NCBI GenBank assembly: GCA_019057475.1
Contig: DXJO01000041.1
Span: forward strand, 64,001 to 128,000
DNA length: 64,000 nucleotides
Direction: 5' to 3'
Source of the DNA: Candidatus Thorarchaeota archaeon
Lineage (GTDB): Archaea > Asgardarchaeota > Thorarchaeia > Thorarchaeales > Thorarchaeaceae
Below the pieces are notes generated by a model. It did not search any database, was not told where the DNA came from, and worked only from the letters and a program-made list of their open reading frames with translations. The translations under genes and the position numbers were made by a program. This document shows positions 27,849-37,954 of the stretch, piece by piece; the stretch's first letter is position 1, and every line of letters starts with the position of its first letter.

Positions 27849-28568
27849 TCAGGGACGATTCTGGTAGTTACTGGGATCGGCTAGATATCCCGAAACTAGT
27901 TTGTACTCACTTTTGGACATGAGGGGCTTTATGAATGCCAAACCCTCATCTACAAGTCGAATCAGGGAGTGGAGCCTTAGACCCACTTCTGAAGCCCGTT
28001 CCATTGCGCCTTGTTGCCGATCAATGATAACTGCCACATCATTACAGCTCACGTCACTGAGTTCTCGTTTGCTGGCCTCAGCAAGAACTTGGGAGCGGGC
28101 AATCATCTTGCTCTCCATCCCAGTTACGAGGTCATCTACCAAACAGAGTGAGTCTCCATCTTTCAGAACACCCTCCAATATCGAGTGCTGACCATAATCA
28201 GCCAACGCTCTTTGAAGATCCGCCTCAGTCTTCACACCCAGCATCTTTCGGGTATGGCATGCTGGAAGACCCGATTCAATGGATACTGCAGTAGCTATTG
28301 GTATGCCTGAGAACGCAATCCCAACAAGCTTGTCAACGGCGGGGGCAGCCTCCTTAATCATAATCGTCATGGCCTTCCCTACTTTTCGCATTGTTTCAGG
28401 GAAGGAGCTGAGGTTGCGGAGCTGAATGTAAAATGGACTCCATAATCCGGATACCAATCTCCAACCCTCAGGCTGGTCGCGCTCTGATGTAAGGAGCATT
28501 CTGTTCTTGTATATGTTGACCATAATCTCCTTCTTCAGACTCTCTAGTCGAGTGCTGTCCTTCACCAT
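27849..28568 (-). CDS. pyrE: Orotate phosphoribosyltransferase
   Basis: L.SG.WSPFYIQLR, LVDDLVTG PRPP motif, IIDRQQG. Confidence 0.85.
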   Translation of the reverse strand: MVKDSTRLESLKKEIMVNIYKNRMLLTSERDQPEGWRLVSGLWSPFYIQLRNLSSFPETMRKVGKAMTIMIKEAAPAVDKLVGIAFSGIPIATAVSIESGLPACHTRKMLGVKTEADLQRALADYGQHSILEGVLKDGDSLCLVDDLVTGMESKMIARSQVLAEASKRELSDVSCNDVAVIIDRQQGAMERASEVGLRLHSLIRLVDEGLAFIKPLMSKSEYKLVSGYLADPSNYQNRP

Positions 28569-28669
28569 CGGAGCCTCCCACCAACTTCAGCTATTTGCTG
28601 TTCTTAAGACTGTCCCCCACGATAGCTGGAGTGAAAATTCATAAACGTGATGAGGTACTCTGGTCGGGC

Positions 28670-29737
28670 ATGGACTCATACGAGCTCACTGAGTGGCTTC
28701 TGAATAACGGAGGCCCCGTAATTCGATTCAGAACAATGGTGGAGATTCAGGAAGAGCAGGACATCGGGAAAATAAGTGGAGCTCTCGACAAGCTCATGGA
28801 CAGCTCCATTATCCAGAAGTGGCTGTCTAGATTGGTTCCGGGAACTGGATTCAATCAGATACATTCAAGCAAGCCAGAGGCCTTCGAGAATGCGATGGGC
28901 AAGCTGACTCAGCTCGGACTTCATGCAGGTCTGCAACCATTCGACAGTCTGACTCTGCCCTTCAGAGTGTGGCTCTCAGAGAGCATCGGTGAGAAGAATG
29001 ATCGGCCGTTCAGTGTCTTTGCTCAAACTCTTGTTGCCGCCTTCCTGGCTCTAGCCAGATATGATGATTTGAATTTCGTCGATGCAGTCCTGAAACAAAG
29101 GTTGAAGACAATCTATAGCTTTGCAGAAGACCCTGATTTCTCAGAGATCTATGATAATAGGGGAGAGTTCGGAACAGTACCAAAGGGACTGGCTCATCAT
29201 AGGCTGGTGAAACCAAACGTCTTCCACGAGCAGCAATTCATGCTGCCATGGATACACGATGTTATGGGGTTCGCAAACTCGAGAAACATCATGGAAGACA
29301 TCGTACTCAGGGACATGGCTGAACGCGTGGTAGGCATGACTCTGTTTCAGGAATACCAAGAGATGCCATCGGACTACGGAGTGATGAGGCATGGCACAAG
29401 GTGCTACGTGATAGGATGGGGAATTGATCTTCCTGGCTACAATGGAGTTGTAGATAATTCGAACTTTGCAAAGCTGTTGTTTAGACTAGAGATGATGGCC
29501 CCATTTCGAGTCGCTCGCAATAGTGATTGGTTCGAGCGGTCAATGGCATTCCTAGAAACCCACCGCATAGAAAAGGGGATTTATCGGTTTCCAAGAGTCG
29601 CAATGCATGAGAAACGTAGCGGGTATTGGGTCAATGGGGCTTACATGGCTATGGAAGAAGAGCGCAAGAGTCAGCTTGCTATTGATATTGAATCAACTTT
29701 CATGATGACCAGAATAAAACGACTGGCTCGGTACTAG
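28670..29737 (+). CDS. Conserved hypothetical helical protein
   Basis: Long ORF with WLL.NGGPVIRFRT start motif. Confidence 0.7.
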   Translation: MDSYELTEWLLNNGGPVIRFRTMVEIQEEQDIGKISGALDKLMDSSIIQKWLSRLVPGTGFNQIHSSKPEAFENAMGKLTQLGLHAGLQPFDSLTLPFRVWLSESIGEKNDRPFSVFAQTLVAAFLALARYDDLNFVDAVLKQRLKTIYSFAEDPDFSEIYDNRGEFGTVPKGLAHHRLVKPNVFHEQQFMLPWIHDVMGFANSRNIMEDIVLRDMAERVVGMTLFQEYQEMPSDYGVMRHGTRCYVIGWGIDLPGYNGVVDNSNFAKLLFRLEMMAPFRVARNSDWFERSMAFLETHRIEKGIYRFPRVAMHEKRSGYWVNGAYMAMEEERKSQLAIDIESTFMMTRIKRLARY

Positions 29738-29807
29738 CGAAGTGGTTCTTGTAAACCCTCCCGTTTGGCAATCTTTTTAACGCCCTCCAACGCGGTCAGC
29801 TCCGATT

Positions 29808-29943
29808 GCGCTCGTTGTCTAGGGGCTATGATGGATCCCTGCCAATGTGCGGGGGTTAATCCCTCGGCGCCGTAGAACGGACCGAGACGTATAACTGCTC
29901 GGGTTTAAATCCGGCCCGGGTTCGAATCCCGGCGAGCGCACCA
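29808..29943 (+). tRNA. tRNA-Gly(GCC) with two introns (37/38 at ~29845-29877 and ~41/42 at ~29882-29909)
   Basis: GCGCTCG/CGAGCGC; GATCC pairs with GGA+TC only after removing the second hairpin CCGAG..CTCGG; CCGGG-TTCGAAT-CCCGG; CCA. Confidence 0.88.
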
Positions 29944-29995
29944 TCCCCTATTCTTCTTCAGCAAGACGCCAAGCTTGTTCATGTCTTGTTCCTAC

Positions 29996-30652
29996 TCATT
30001 CACCGTTTTTTTGTCCAACATATTGAATGATACCTCTAAGCTGTGAGCGGGATTTCGATCGATAGAAGGTTAATCCTTCAGTATAGTAACGGAGCTTCAG
30101 TTCCGGAAAGAGTCCAAGTATCTCATTTCTTGAGAAGAAGTGAAAGTGGTGATTGTACTTAGTAAGGTAGTACGTGTTTTCCTCAACCTTCTCAATTTCA
30201 CCCCAGCTTTCGACGTTTTGAAGATCTTCTACAGAGAACGTGAAGATGTAGATGATACCTTTTGGTTTCAAACCAGCCTGCAACCGCTCTGCAATTATTT
30301 CAATGTCTGATTTTCGAAAAAGGTGCATAATTCTCGCAACTATAATCAATGCATACCTTCTTGGCGGAATTCGGAACTCTCGTATGTCCATCCTGTGATA
30401 TGTAAAATCGAGACCCTCAGCTTCGACCACTTTAGAGAATCCTTTTGCCAGCTTCGAGGTATCAACGCCTTCCACCTTACGACCTAGTTTGGCAAAAAAG
30501 AGAGCATGCCGACCCTTACCCATTCCAAGGTCTAGGACTGGACCTCTAGGGATGCGGCTCAGATATTCTATCAGTTTGAAGTCCGGACCTTGCTTCCTAT
30601 TCTCCTTAACTTCCCTATAGGCTTGTACCCAGAAGGTTTTCTTCTTACTCAT
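29996..30652 (-). CDS. SAM-dependent methyltransferase (TehB-like)
   Basis: VLDLGMGKGRHALFFA, GLKPKG. Confidence 0.85.
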   Translation of the reverse strand: MSKKKTFWVQAYREVKENRKQGPDFKLIEYLSRIPRGPVLDLGMGKGRHALFFAKLGRKVEGVDTSKLAKGFSKVVEAEGLDFTYHRMDIREFRIPPRRYALIIVARIMHLFRKSDIEIIAERLQAGLKPKGIIYIFTFSVEDLQNVESWGEIEKVEENTYYLTKYNHHFHFFSRNEILGLFPELKLRYYTEGLTFYRSKSRSQLRGIIQYVGQKNGE

Positions 30653-30939
30653 GAAATGCCCCTCGATACTTTGTAATCAGAAAGCGTTTGCTCGTCAAAG
30701 ATTTTGTCATTAGAGCATAAGACAATCAGGGTCAAGAAGCTCAGGAAAGAAGAGCTGGTAGAGTTAGGCTAATTAATTTCTTGTTTTCTTGCGTTTTTCA
30801 TTTTCTGCAGTATCCTTGAAACTTCACATTGATGTTGGCAAGAAGCCTGGCAGTTCACGCGGATACTGCGGAATTTCTATGAACACATCTCGTTTTCTAG
30901 GTTGCCGCAGAGAGTACTAGAGGAATCTGCAATTCTTGC

Positions 30940-31935
30940 CTACAAAATCTCTTCTTGATTCTCGCCAGAAGATATTCTCCTCTTTAGCGATTCTTCACGA
31001 ATGTATCTCATTTTCCGAATTGGATAAACTAAAACTGTACTCACAATGATAATGGATGGGATTGCAAGCAGGATTTCCGATATTACCTCGACTTCTCTTG
31101 TGTGATTAACAAGAAAATTACACCAGAGTGTGTTTTCTCTCACAGAATGAAATCCTCTCCAATACCGGAGAGGAAATTTCGATTTAACGGCTGATTGTAT
31201 TTCATCCATTGAGATACGCTTGGGGTCCCAGTTAAGTCGGAACGCTATTGAAATAACATCTGCAGCATCCAGATTTACATGAATTGTGAATTCAATTGCC
31301 TGACCGTCAATCATTTCATCTATACACTTTCGAACTGTACGCGATGTCATTCCAAGCATCTTAGTAAGATTCGTAATCGGTTCACGTGGATTTGATAGAA
31401 GGCATCTCAAGATGCGTTTGTGGTTCTTTCGTAGTTCGATACTACCACCACGACTTGCAGGTAGTGCATGAATCTCCACCCGATCCACAGAATCGATACT
31501 CCGAACGTATTGATTAAGCTCATCAATCATTGTCGCATCTGTGCATTCAGCATGGACAATACAAGAACCATAGGAGTCGAAATAGATTCTAGAAACGCGA
31601 GGAAACTCAAATATGCTATCTATAAAATCATTCTTTGAAACACCCTCAGTAGGGTATATCAGAATAAAGACCAGTTCGGATCCAATCATTGCTCTACTTG
31701 GTCTAATGTAATACCTCTCAATGACTCCTTTATCCTCCAAATGTTTTATCCGTTTCCGGATGGCGGAATCAGAAATTCCAAACTTGCGTGCCAATTCCTT
31801 TCGTGAAGCACGACAATTCTCACCTAATTTATGAAGAATGCCCAAATCAATATCATCCAAAGGAATCACCACATACGGGTCATGATAGACATGAAATCGA
31901 ACTAATTGGTTCTTTTTTCTGTTTTGTTCTGCCAT
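30940..31935 (-). CDS. Double Lrp/AsnC-type wHTH transcriptional regulator
   Basis: LDDIDLGIL..L..NCR.S..ELARKFGIS.SAIRKRI, plus a second HTH (NPREPITNL..MLGMTSRTV). Confidence 0.85.
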   Translation of the reverse strand: MAEQNRKKNQLVRFHVYHDPYVVIPLDDIDLGILHKLGENCRASRKELARKFGISDSAIRKRIKHLEDKGVIERYYIRPSRAMIGSELVFILIYPTEGVSKNDFIDSIFEFPRVSRIYFDSYGSCIVHAECTDATMIDELNQYVRSIDSVDRVEIHALPASRGGSIELRKNHKRILRCLLSNPREPITNLTKMLGMTSRTVRKCIDEMIDGQAIEFTIHVNLDAADVISIAFRLNWDPKRISMDEIQSAVKSKFPLRYWRGFHSVRENTLWCNFLVNHTREVEVISEILLAIPSIIIVSTVLVYPIRKMRYIREESLKRRISSGENQEEIL

Positions 31936-32029
31936 TATTAGCAAGAAAGCGGATTGCGTGGAAAGAACGTGCTTATTATTCAAATATCAAATCCGACTGT
32001 ACATGAAAGAGTATTAAGAGCTGAAAGTA

Positions 32030-32944
32030 ATGATTCTGATTCCTCCAATACTGGCATTTGTTTTCGCTTTCCTTATTCCGATATTCATTTGCATTATTAC
32101 TGGGTTGGCGATAAGATCTAAGAAACGCGGTTTCAATGATTGCTTTGGTACAATCGCCAGGATATTATACATACCAGAAGCAAAGGATATGGCTAGAGAT
32201 GAGGGGACACATGAATCCAGCGGAATCAGTACATCGCTTCTCTTGATGTTTGTGGGAATCGTGATTTTCACCATCGCTAATCTTCTTGCTACATTCTATT
32301 TGAGCTTGATTGATGTTATGCATGTAATAAGCGTGGATAATGCCGGAGTGGTTAGCAATGTTTCATTCATATCAATTGAAGACCCTTTTCATGGAGGATG
32401 GTGGGGATACTTACCCTGGTATGGTGGATATCCTATGCCACTTCTCGGACAAGATGCACATCATGAAACATGGGAGTGGATTCTATTCACAGGTATTGCA
32501 TGGAACAATGATGTCTTCCTGCAATGGAGAATCATTGACATAAATCTGGGGCTTATAATTGCAAGTCTTTTCTTCCTCACTCCCCTTCTATTCAAAGCAG
32601 TTCGTGAAGCTGCAATACCATCGATTCTTCTCTTTCTATCAGGAACTCTGACAGCTATCAGAGGCTTCATCGGTATGCTTGGTAAAACAGTATCAATCCT
32701 TTATTTTGGTGGAACTCTGGATATGGGATATGTCAGCTATGACCTAGCAGAAATTGGAACAGCAGGCTTCGTGCAAATAGTGATGATATCCTTACCTGTT
32801 ATTCTAATTGGATTGGCAGTGTTTTCAATACTGGGATATTTCTATTGGAAATCACAACTTAAAGAAAGGGGAATCTCTGCCAAGTGGTTTATTCTCTTTG
32901 TTATGGCAACTTACCTTGTACCATTATTCCTTTCCGTGTGGTGA
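32030..32944 (+). CDS. Multi-pass membrane protein
   Basis: Six hydrophobic segments. Confidence 0.7.
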   Translation: MILIPPILAFVFAFLIPIFICIITGLAIRSKKRGFNDCFGTIARILYIPEAKDMARDEGTHESSGISTSLLLMFVGIVIFTIANLLATFYLSLIDVMHVISVDNAGVVSNVSFISIEDPFHGGWWGYLPWYGGYPMPLLGQDAHHETWEWILFTGIAWNNDVFLQWRIIDINLGLIIASLFFLTPLLFKAVREAAIPSILLFLSGTLTAIRGFIGMLGKTVSILYFGGTLDMGYVSYDLAEIGTAGFVQIVMISLPVILIGLAVFSILGYFYWKSQLKERGISAKWFILFVMATYLVPLFLSVW

Positions 32945-32948
32945 TAGA

Positions 32949-34205
32949 ATGACACGAAAATTACAAGTCATATCAGTCTTGGTTTGCTGTTGTATAATCA
33001 CACTCTCACTACCTCAGAATTCAGTGGAGTACAATTCAAGGGAATTACATAGCGAGTTCACAGTAAGTGACAGAAACTATTGGCCTACAGAAGGTTGGAG
33101 GAATTCAACTCCTGAAGAACAGGGGATGAGCTCTGAAGATATCAATAGAATGATGAACTTCATTGAGGCGGAAGATATCAATATCGATTCTGTGTTAATC
33201 ACAAGACACGGGTATATTGTGCATGAAGAGTATCCCAGTTCGTGGTATGATGAGGATAGAAAGCACGAGTTGCATTCAGCAACTAAGAGTTTCACATCAG
33301 CATTGGTAGGAATCGCAATAGACAATGGGTATATTGACAATGTTTCTCAACCCATGTTGCCGTTCTTTTCAGATTACAATATAACCAATATCGATGAACG
33401 AAGAGAAAGAATTTCAATTGAAGATCTGCTAACGATGCGAGCGGGTATGTTCTGGGATGAAATAAGTGCACCCTATCTTTCACCTGAGAATGATGTATAT
33501 TACATTCTAACAGGTGATGGAGTAGACCATTGTCTCAATCTTGATATGGTGGCAGAACCTGGGGAATTATGGCACTACAGCGGTGGAGCCTCACACCTAC
33601 TTGCAGCAATTGTACAAGTTGCAACTGGAACGGATTTTCTTGAATTTGCGACAGAGCACCTCTTTGATCCCTTAGGAATTGACGATTATTATTGGACATA
33701 CGATGGGAGTCATAACTGGTATACCGGAGCGTGGGGATTGAAGTTGAATTCTCGCAGTCTTGCAAAGTTCGGATATCTATTCTTGAACAATGGAACTTGG
33801 GATGGGCAACAGATAATCTCTGAAGAATGGGTAAATGTATCAACATCTAGCTATACTTTGTTTGAAGGTCATACGGGCTATGGATATCAATGGTGGACAC
33901 TTCCAAACTTTGGTGTATATTATGCAGCGGGAAGAAATGGTCAATTCATCCTCGTTGTTCCAGACCTAGATATTGTGGTTGTCTTCACATCAAGTATCTA
34001 TACTGAAAGCCATAATATACCAATCAGTCTACTCACGGACTTCATCTTAAATAATGATAATGTGCCTATTCCGGATTCAATCCGAAGCATTGTCATCAAT
34101 ATCATCATAGTTGCATTACTAGCGGTCCCAGTTGTGATTATGGGATATCAACGGATGAATGCTCGGAAACCCAACCTCAATCACAATTCCACTTCTAGCA
34201 TTTAG
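32949..34205 (+). CDS. Membrane-anchored serine hydrolase (beta-lactamase class C fold)
   Basis: SATK (SxxK), LLTMRAG, PG..WHYS, GYGYQWW; signal peptide and C-terminal TM. Confidence 0.88.
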   Translation: MTRKLQVISVLVCCCIITLSLPQNSVEYNSRELHSEFTVSDRNYWPTEGWRNSTPEEQGMSSEDINRMMNFIEAEDINIDSVLITRHGYIVHEEYPSSWYDEDRKHELHSATKSFTSALVGIAIDNGYIDNVSQPMLPFFSDYNITNIDERRERISIEDLLTMRAGMFWDEISAPYLSPENDVYYILTGDGVDHCLNLDMVAEPGELWHYSGGASHLLAAIVQVATGTDFLEFATEHLFDPLGIDDYYWTYDGSHNWYTGAWGLKLNSRSLAKFGYLFLNNGTWDGQQIISEEWVNVSTSSYTLFEGHTGYGYQWWTLPNFGVYYAAGRNGQFILVVPDLDIVVVFTSSIYTESHNIPISLLTDFILNNDNVPIPDSIRSIVINIIIVALLAVPVVIMGYQRMNARKPNLNHNSTSSI

Positions 34206-34423
34206 GACAATCTGGAACTCTCCCTTAGGTGGGAACCGAAGCCTTTAGAGTAGAAACAAAAAAACGGCAGAATCTACTCAGAGTTGCGCTTGAACGAATG
34301 GAGATGGGCTGAATCAAGAAATAGCTGCAGTTTCACATCCTGAAGTTTCCTTAAAACTTTGCTTCGACATCGGCAATATCTTATTACAAGTGAAAACACT
34401 CTGACAACGCTGGCTGAAGAACC

Positions 34424-34834
34424 ATGAAGAGAGTGCTTTTCCTATGTACAGGAAACTCAGCAAGGAGTCAGATGGCTGAGGCACTCCTGAGGTCGCTTGC
34501 GGGCGACAGTTACGAGGCGTATAGTGCCGGTACTGACATCGCTCCCGTTGTGAATCCATTCGCACTAGAGGTACTTGGGGAGGTAGGTGCAGATACAGAG
34601 GGGCTGCATTCGAAAAGCCTTGACATCTTCATGGACCAGTCCTTTGATTTGGTCATCACTGTCTGCGACAATGCTAGACAAACTTGTCCGTTCTTTCCGG
34701 GAGCCAAATCAATGGACCACTGGTCCTTGGAAGACCCTGCTGCATTCCAAGGTACTCGCGAAGAAATTCTCTTTAAGTTCAGGGAATCTAGGAACGAGAT
34801 TGAGAGGAGAATCAGGACTGCCTTTCTGATTTAG
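34424..34834 (+). CDS. arsC: Arsenate reductase ArsC (LMW-PTP fold)
   Basis: FLCTGNSARSQMAE, TVCD...CPFFPG, HWSLEDP. Confidence 0.9.
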   Translation: MKRVLFLCTGNSARSQMAEALLRSLAGDSYEAYSAGTDIAPVVNPFALEVLGEVGADTEGLHSKSLDIFMDQSFDLVITVCDNARQTCPFFPGAKSMDHWSLEDPAAFQGTREEILFKFRESRNEIERRIRTAFLI

Positions 34835-34857
34835 TAATAACGAGGCTTCCATGGGAC

Positions 34858-36864
34858 TCATCGCTCAACCCATGTGAACTTCCTCTGTAGTGTCGTGGGA
34901 TACACCTTACGCCAGTCATATTCCACCCTCTGACACCACTTGTACACAGTCCTAGGATGAATATAAGATTTCAAGGAGGTTCCCAAGTTCCACGTGCGAC
35001 AATTCCCAGCCAGAGCATAATCGACTTGAATCTTCTTTTTGGCAAGCTCCGCCTTCTTGACGCGATCTCTTGCCCCCTGCACTATTCGCTCTACTCGTGC
35101 AACACGCTCAATTGACTTCTCGCGGAACGTCGCGAGGATATTTTGCTTCCTCTCAAGGTTAGCTTTGCTCTTTCGATAACGTTCTCTTGCGTTGGCCAGC
35201 CCGGTTTCAGCTTTCTCTAGTCGGTTTCGAGCCCTCTCTATACTAGCTTGGGCACCTTCAAGGCGTTCTTTCTTGGTTGTCATGCCCTTGCGCTTGCTTC
35301 CCCTTGTGCGACGTTTGCGATCTCTGGCATTATCCCATGTGATTTTCGCTTTATCCCGCTTCTCTCGCCAAATCGCAACAGTGGCTTTGTTCTTTTCCAC
35401 AATCTGCTTCTGTCTAGTGACCAAGTCTTGCTTCTTCGTTCGCAATGTCTTCTCTTTTCTGGATACTGCCCTCAGGCGCTTTCTCTTGACAGCAAGTTGC
35501 GCTTTCGCTTTCTCAATGCGGACATCTGCTTTCTTCAGTCGCTCAAGATACCGTTCTGCAGTGCGATTCCAACCTTTGGGTGCTTGCTTGGTATGATTCA
35601 TCACTCGCGCAACTTCTAGGTTGGCACGCTTGAAAGCCGCTTTCTTGATGAAATTAGGGTCAGTTCGCTTTGTACGGCTGCGCGTCAATTCCTCTTGCAT
35701 CAACTTTGTGGCATGGTGTGTCCTGAACATTTTGGCTGTGAGGTCTGGATCCACTTCACTCAGGAATTTGTTGACGTGTGTGCTGCGAATGCTGGGGAAT
35801 ATCTGGGCTAGTTTCCTCGGGTCGGCGCTGGTTCTTCTGCCCGCTCGGGAAGAGAATGATTCTACTCGTTCTACGGCCCCTTCGTATATTTCTCTAAATA
35901 CTTCAAAGACTTCAGAAGGCACTTCCAGCTCCTTATGCCAAGAAACGCTATCCTTGCCCAAGAAGTCAAACACAATGGAGTTTCTCTTGAATGTCAGATG
36001 CTCAGCTCTGAGTGTCGTTGCACCAACAGTGTCTGCCTCGTCGGGGTCCTTTTCATCACCCACACGTAGACTGAGGTACTCGATCAGATAGCATGCAGCG
36101 GCAACCATTCTTCGCTTTGGTTTATCAGAATGCAGCCCCTCCATTATGTGGTCACGAATCACTTCTGTTAATCGTCCCATTCGAAGTGCTTTGTCGAACT
36201 TCGCAGCCTCGCGCTCCTGTTTGATGGGAGTGCTATCATGCAGCCAGATGTATTTCACCTTGCCCGTGAGCTCATCCATCCACTTGGCAATCCACATGGA
36301 ATCGTGGGACCACTCAAGTGCCCTCCAGTGACCTTCTGGTATCGGCGCATCGGGGCTAAGATTCAGCGTGATGTCTTTGTGTGTGACCCCTCGTTTCCAT
36401 CTTCCTCTGAAAGGATGTTTGCCCCGACCCATGAAAATGCCTGAGGGTTCCGTTTGGTAGTTTCCAAGCTCCATTCGCTCCCCGTCAACAAGAGCGTAGC
36501 CAAAGACCTCTTTCAAACGCTCGCGCTCAGCTTTCCTTGATTCCCGCGCGGCCTTCTTCTCCTCCTTGGTCATTGCCGCTTTGGCTGCACGTTCTCTCTC
36601 AACCACATCAACTGCTTCGCTGAAGTCTACCTCTTCGACTCTGAGGTTTGGCTCGATCTGGAGTGCATCGCTGAAATCGTTCATGAAGTTGCTTGCAAAC
36701 ACAGGGTCCTCAACATACGGCGTACCGAGCTTCTTCACCCAGGCAATTGCCATTGCTTCCTGCAACTGGTCAAGGGTGATGCTTTCACCTCTCGCTATTA
36801 TGGCAAGGCCAAGGGGTTCTGGCTGCTCGATGACTATTATGCCGTTGTGCTGTAGTGACTCCAT
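34858..36864 (-). CDS. top1: Eukaryote-type DNA topoisomerase IB
   Basis: F.GRG.HP.RG, LRVGDEKD..EADTVG, FDFLGKDS, TAKMFRT, NH, LGTSLKSY(catalytic)I.PR. Confidence 0.95.
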   Translation of the reverse strand: MESLQHNGIIVIEQPEPLGLAIIARGESITLDQLQEAMAIAWVKKLGTPYVEDPVFASNFMNDFSDALQIEPNLRVEEVDFSEAVDVVERERAAKAAMTKEEKKAARESRKAERERLKEVFGYALVDGERMELGNYQTEPSGIFMGRGKHPFRGRWKRGVTHKDITLNLSPDAPIPEGHWRALEWSHDSMWIAKWMDELTGKVKYIWLHDSTPIKQEREAAKFDKALRMGRLTEVIRDHIMEGLHSDKPKRRMVAAACYLIEYLSLRVGDEKDPDEADTVGATTLRAEHLTFKRNSIVFDFLGKDSVSWHKELEVPSEVFEVFREIYEGAVERVESFSSRAGRRTSADPRKLAQIFPSIRSTHVNKFLSEVDPDLTAKMFRTHHATKLMQEELTRSRTKRTDPNFIKKAAFKRANLEVARVMNHTKQAPKGWNRTAERYLERLKKADVRIEKAKAQLAVKRKRLRAVSRKEKTLRTKKQDLVTRQKQIVEKNKATVAIWREKRDKAKITWDNARDRKRRTRGSKRKGMTTKKERLEGAQASIERARNRLEKAETGLANARERYRKSKANLERKQNILATFREKSIERVARVERIVQGARDRVKKAELAKKKIQVDYALAGNCRTWNLGTSLKSYIHPRTVYKWCQRVEYDWRKVYPTTLQRKFTWVER

Positions 36865-37513
36865 CAGGATGCCTCTTCCATTGCTAAGGTGGGATGTAAA
36901 GACAGATATCTATCAGGCGGCTCGCGGACTCCGCTTAGAGTCGTGGTCAACAGGGAGTGAACAAAAGCATTGTGCTAACGGTGGCCCACTAGGTGGTCAC
37001 CATACGATGATTCGCTGACCCCTGGAGCTGGAGGAAAGGGGAGGTTCACGATTATCTCATCAAGCTACACCTGGAGAGGTGAATCGAATGGAATCGGTCT
37101 GACTTGATGCTGCTTGTACAATTTTGACTTATTCGACATTGGGATGGTTGATTCAAACTATATCGTCGTTGAATCGGGAGTCCTTGCGGCTTCAGCCAGG
37201 TAGATCCTCAAAGTCTGCAACAGACCACGAAAATCTGATGGTGTCATGCTCCAGAGCGTGTCCATTCCACTCACAAACCATAGTCGGATTACTCATGACT
37301 GCGTTCCAGAGTAAGCTGATTAATAAGGTCATTTTCTCATTTTGAATAATGATTCATATGTTTCTTCTGTCGGCGAATGCAGGCATGCCGGCTAAGCTTC
37401 TTGATAACCCAGCATGGGTACAATGCTCAAGACGTTTTGACTGGAATTAAAATGAGAACGAAGGGAAAAAAGGGAGGCAGACGAAAACGGAGAAAGCAAA
37501 AAACGGAGGAGTT

Positions 37514-37954
37514 ACGACACCTTATGAAGAAGCTTTCAAACCAAGAATTATCGCATTCCTTTGCAATTGGTGTAGTTATGCAGGAGCGGATTTAGCAGGT
37601 ACAAGCCGTGTTCAGTATTCCCCCAATGTATACCCGGTCAGGGTCAACTGCTCGAGTCGGGTGGATCCTACTATCGTGATTAAAGCCATTTTGATGGGAG
37701 CAGATGGTGTACTCATAGCAGGCTGTCATCCAGGTGATTGCCACTACAAATCTGGTAACCTCTATACAAGAAGGAGGGTCATGATGCTAAAGACACTTCT
37801 TGAAACAATAGGGATAGCACCTGATAGATTGCGATTGGAGTGGATATCTGCATCGGAGGGCAATAAGTTTGGCAAAGTGGTTGACCAATTTGTGGAAGAG
37901 ATCAAAGAACTTGGTCCATATCCCATGGGGGGCTTATTGAATGATCGAGTATGA
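37514..37954 (+). CDS. mvhD: MvhD/VhuD [2Fe-2S] subunit; no canonical start codon (ACG inferred)
   Basis: FKPRIIAFLCNWCSYAGADLAG...CSSRVDP...GCHPGDCHY...WISASEG. Confidence 0.88.
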   Translation, partial: TTPYEEAFKPRIIAFLCNWCSYAGADLAGTSRVQYSPNVYPVRVNCSSRVDPTIVIKAILMGADGVLIAGCHPGDCHYKSGNLYTRRRVMMLKTLLETIGIAPDRLRLEWISASEGNKFGKVVDQFVEEIKELGPYPMGGLLNDRV

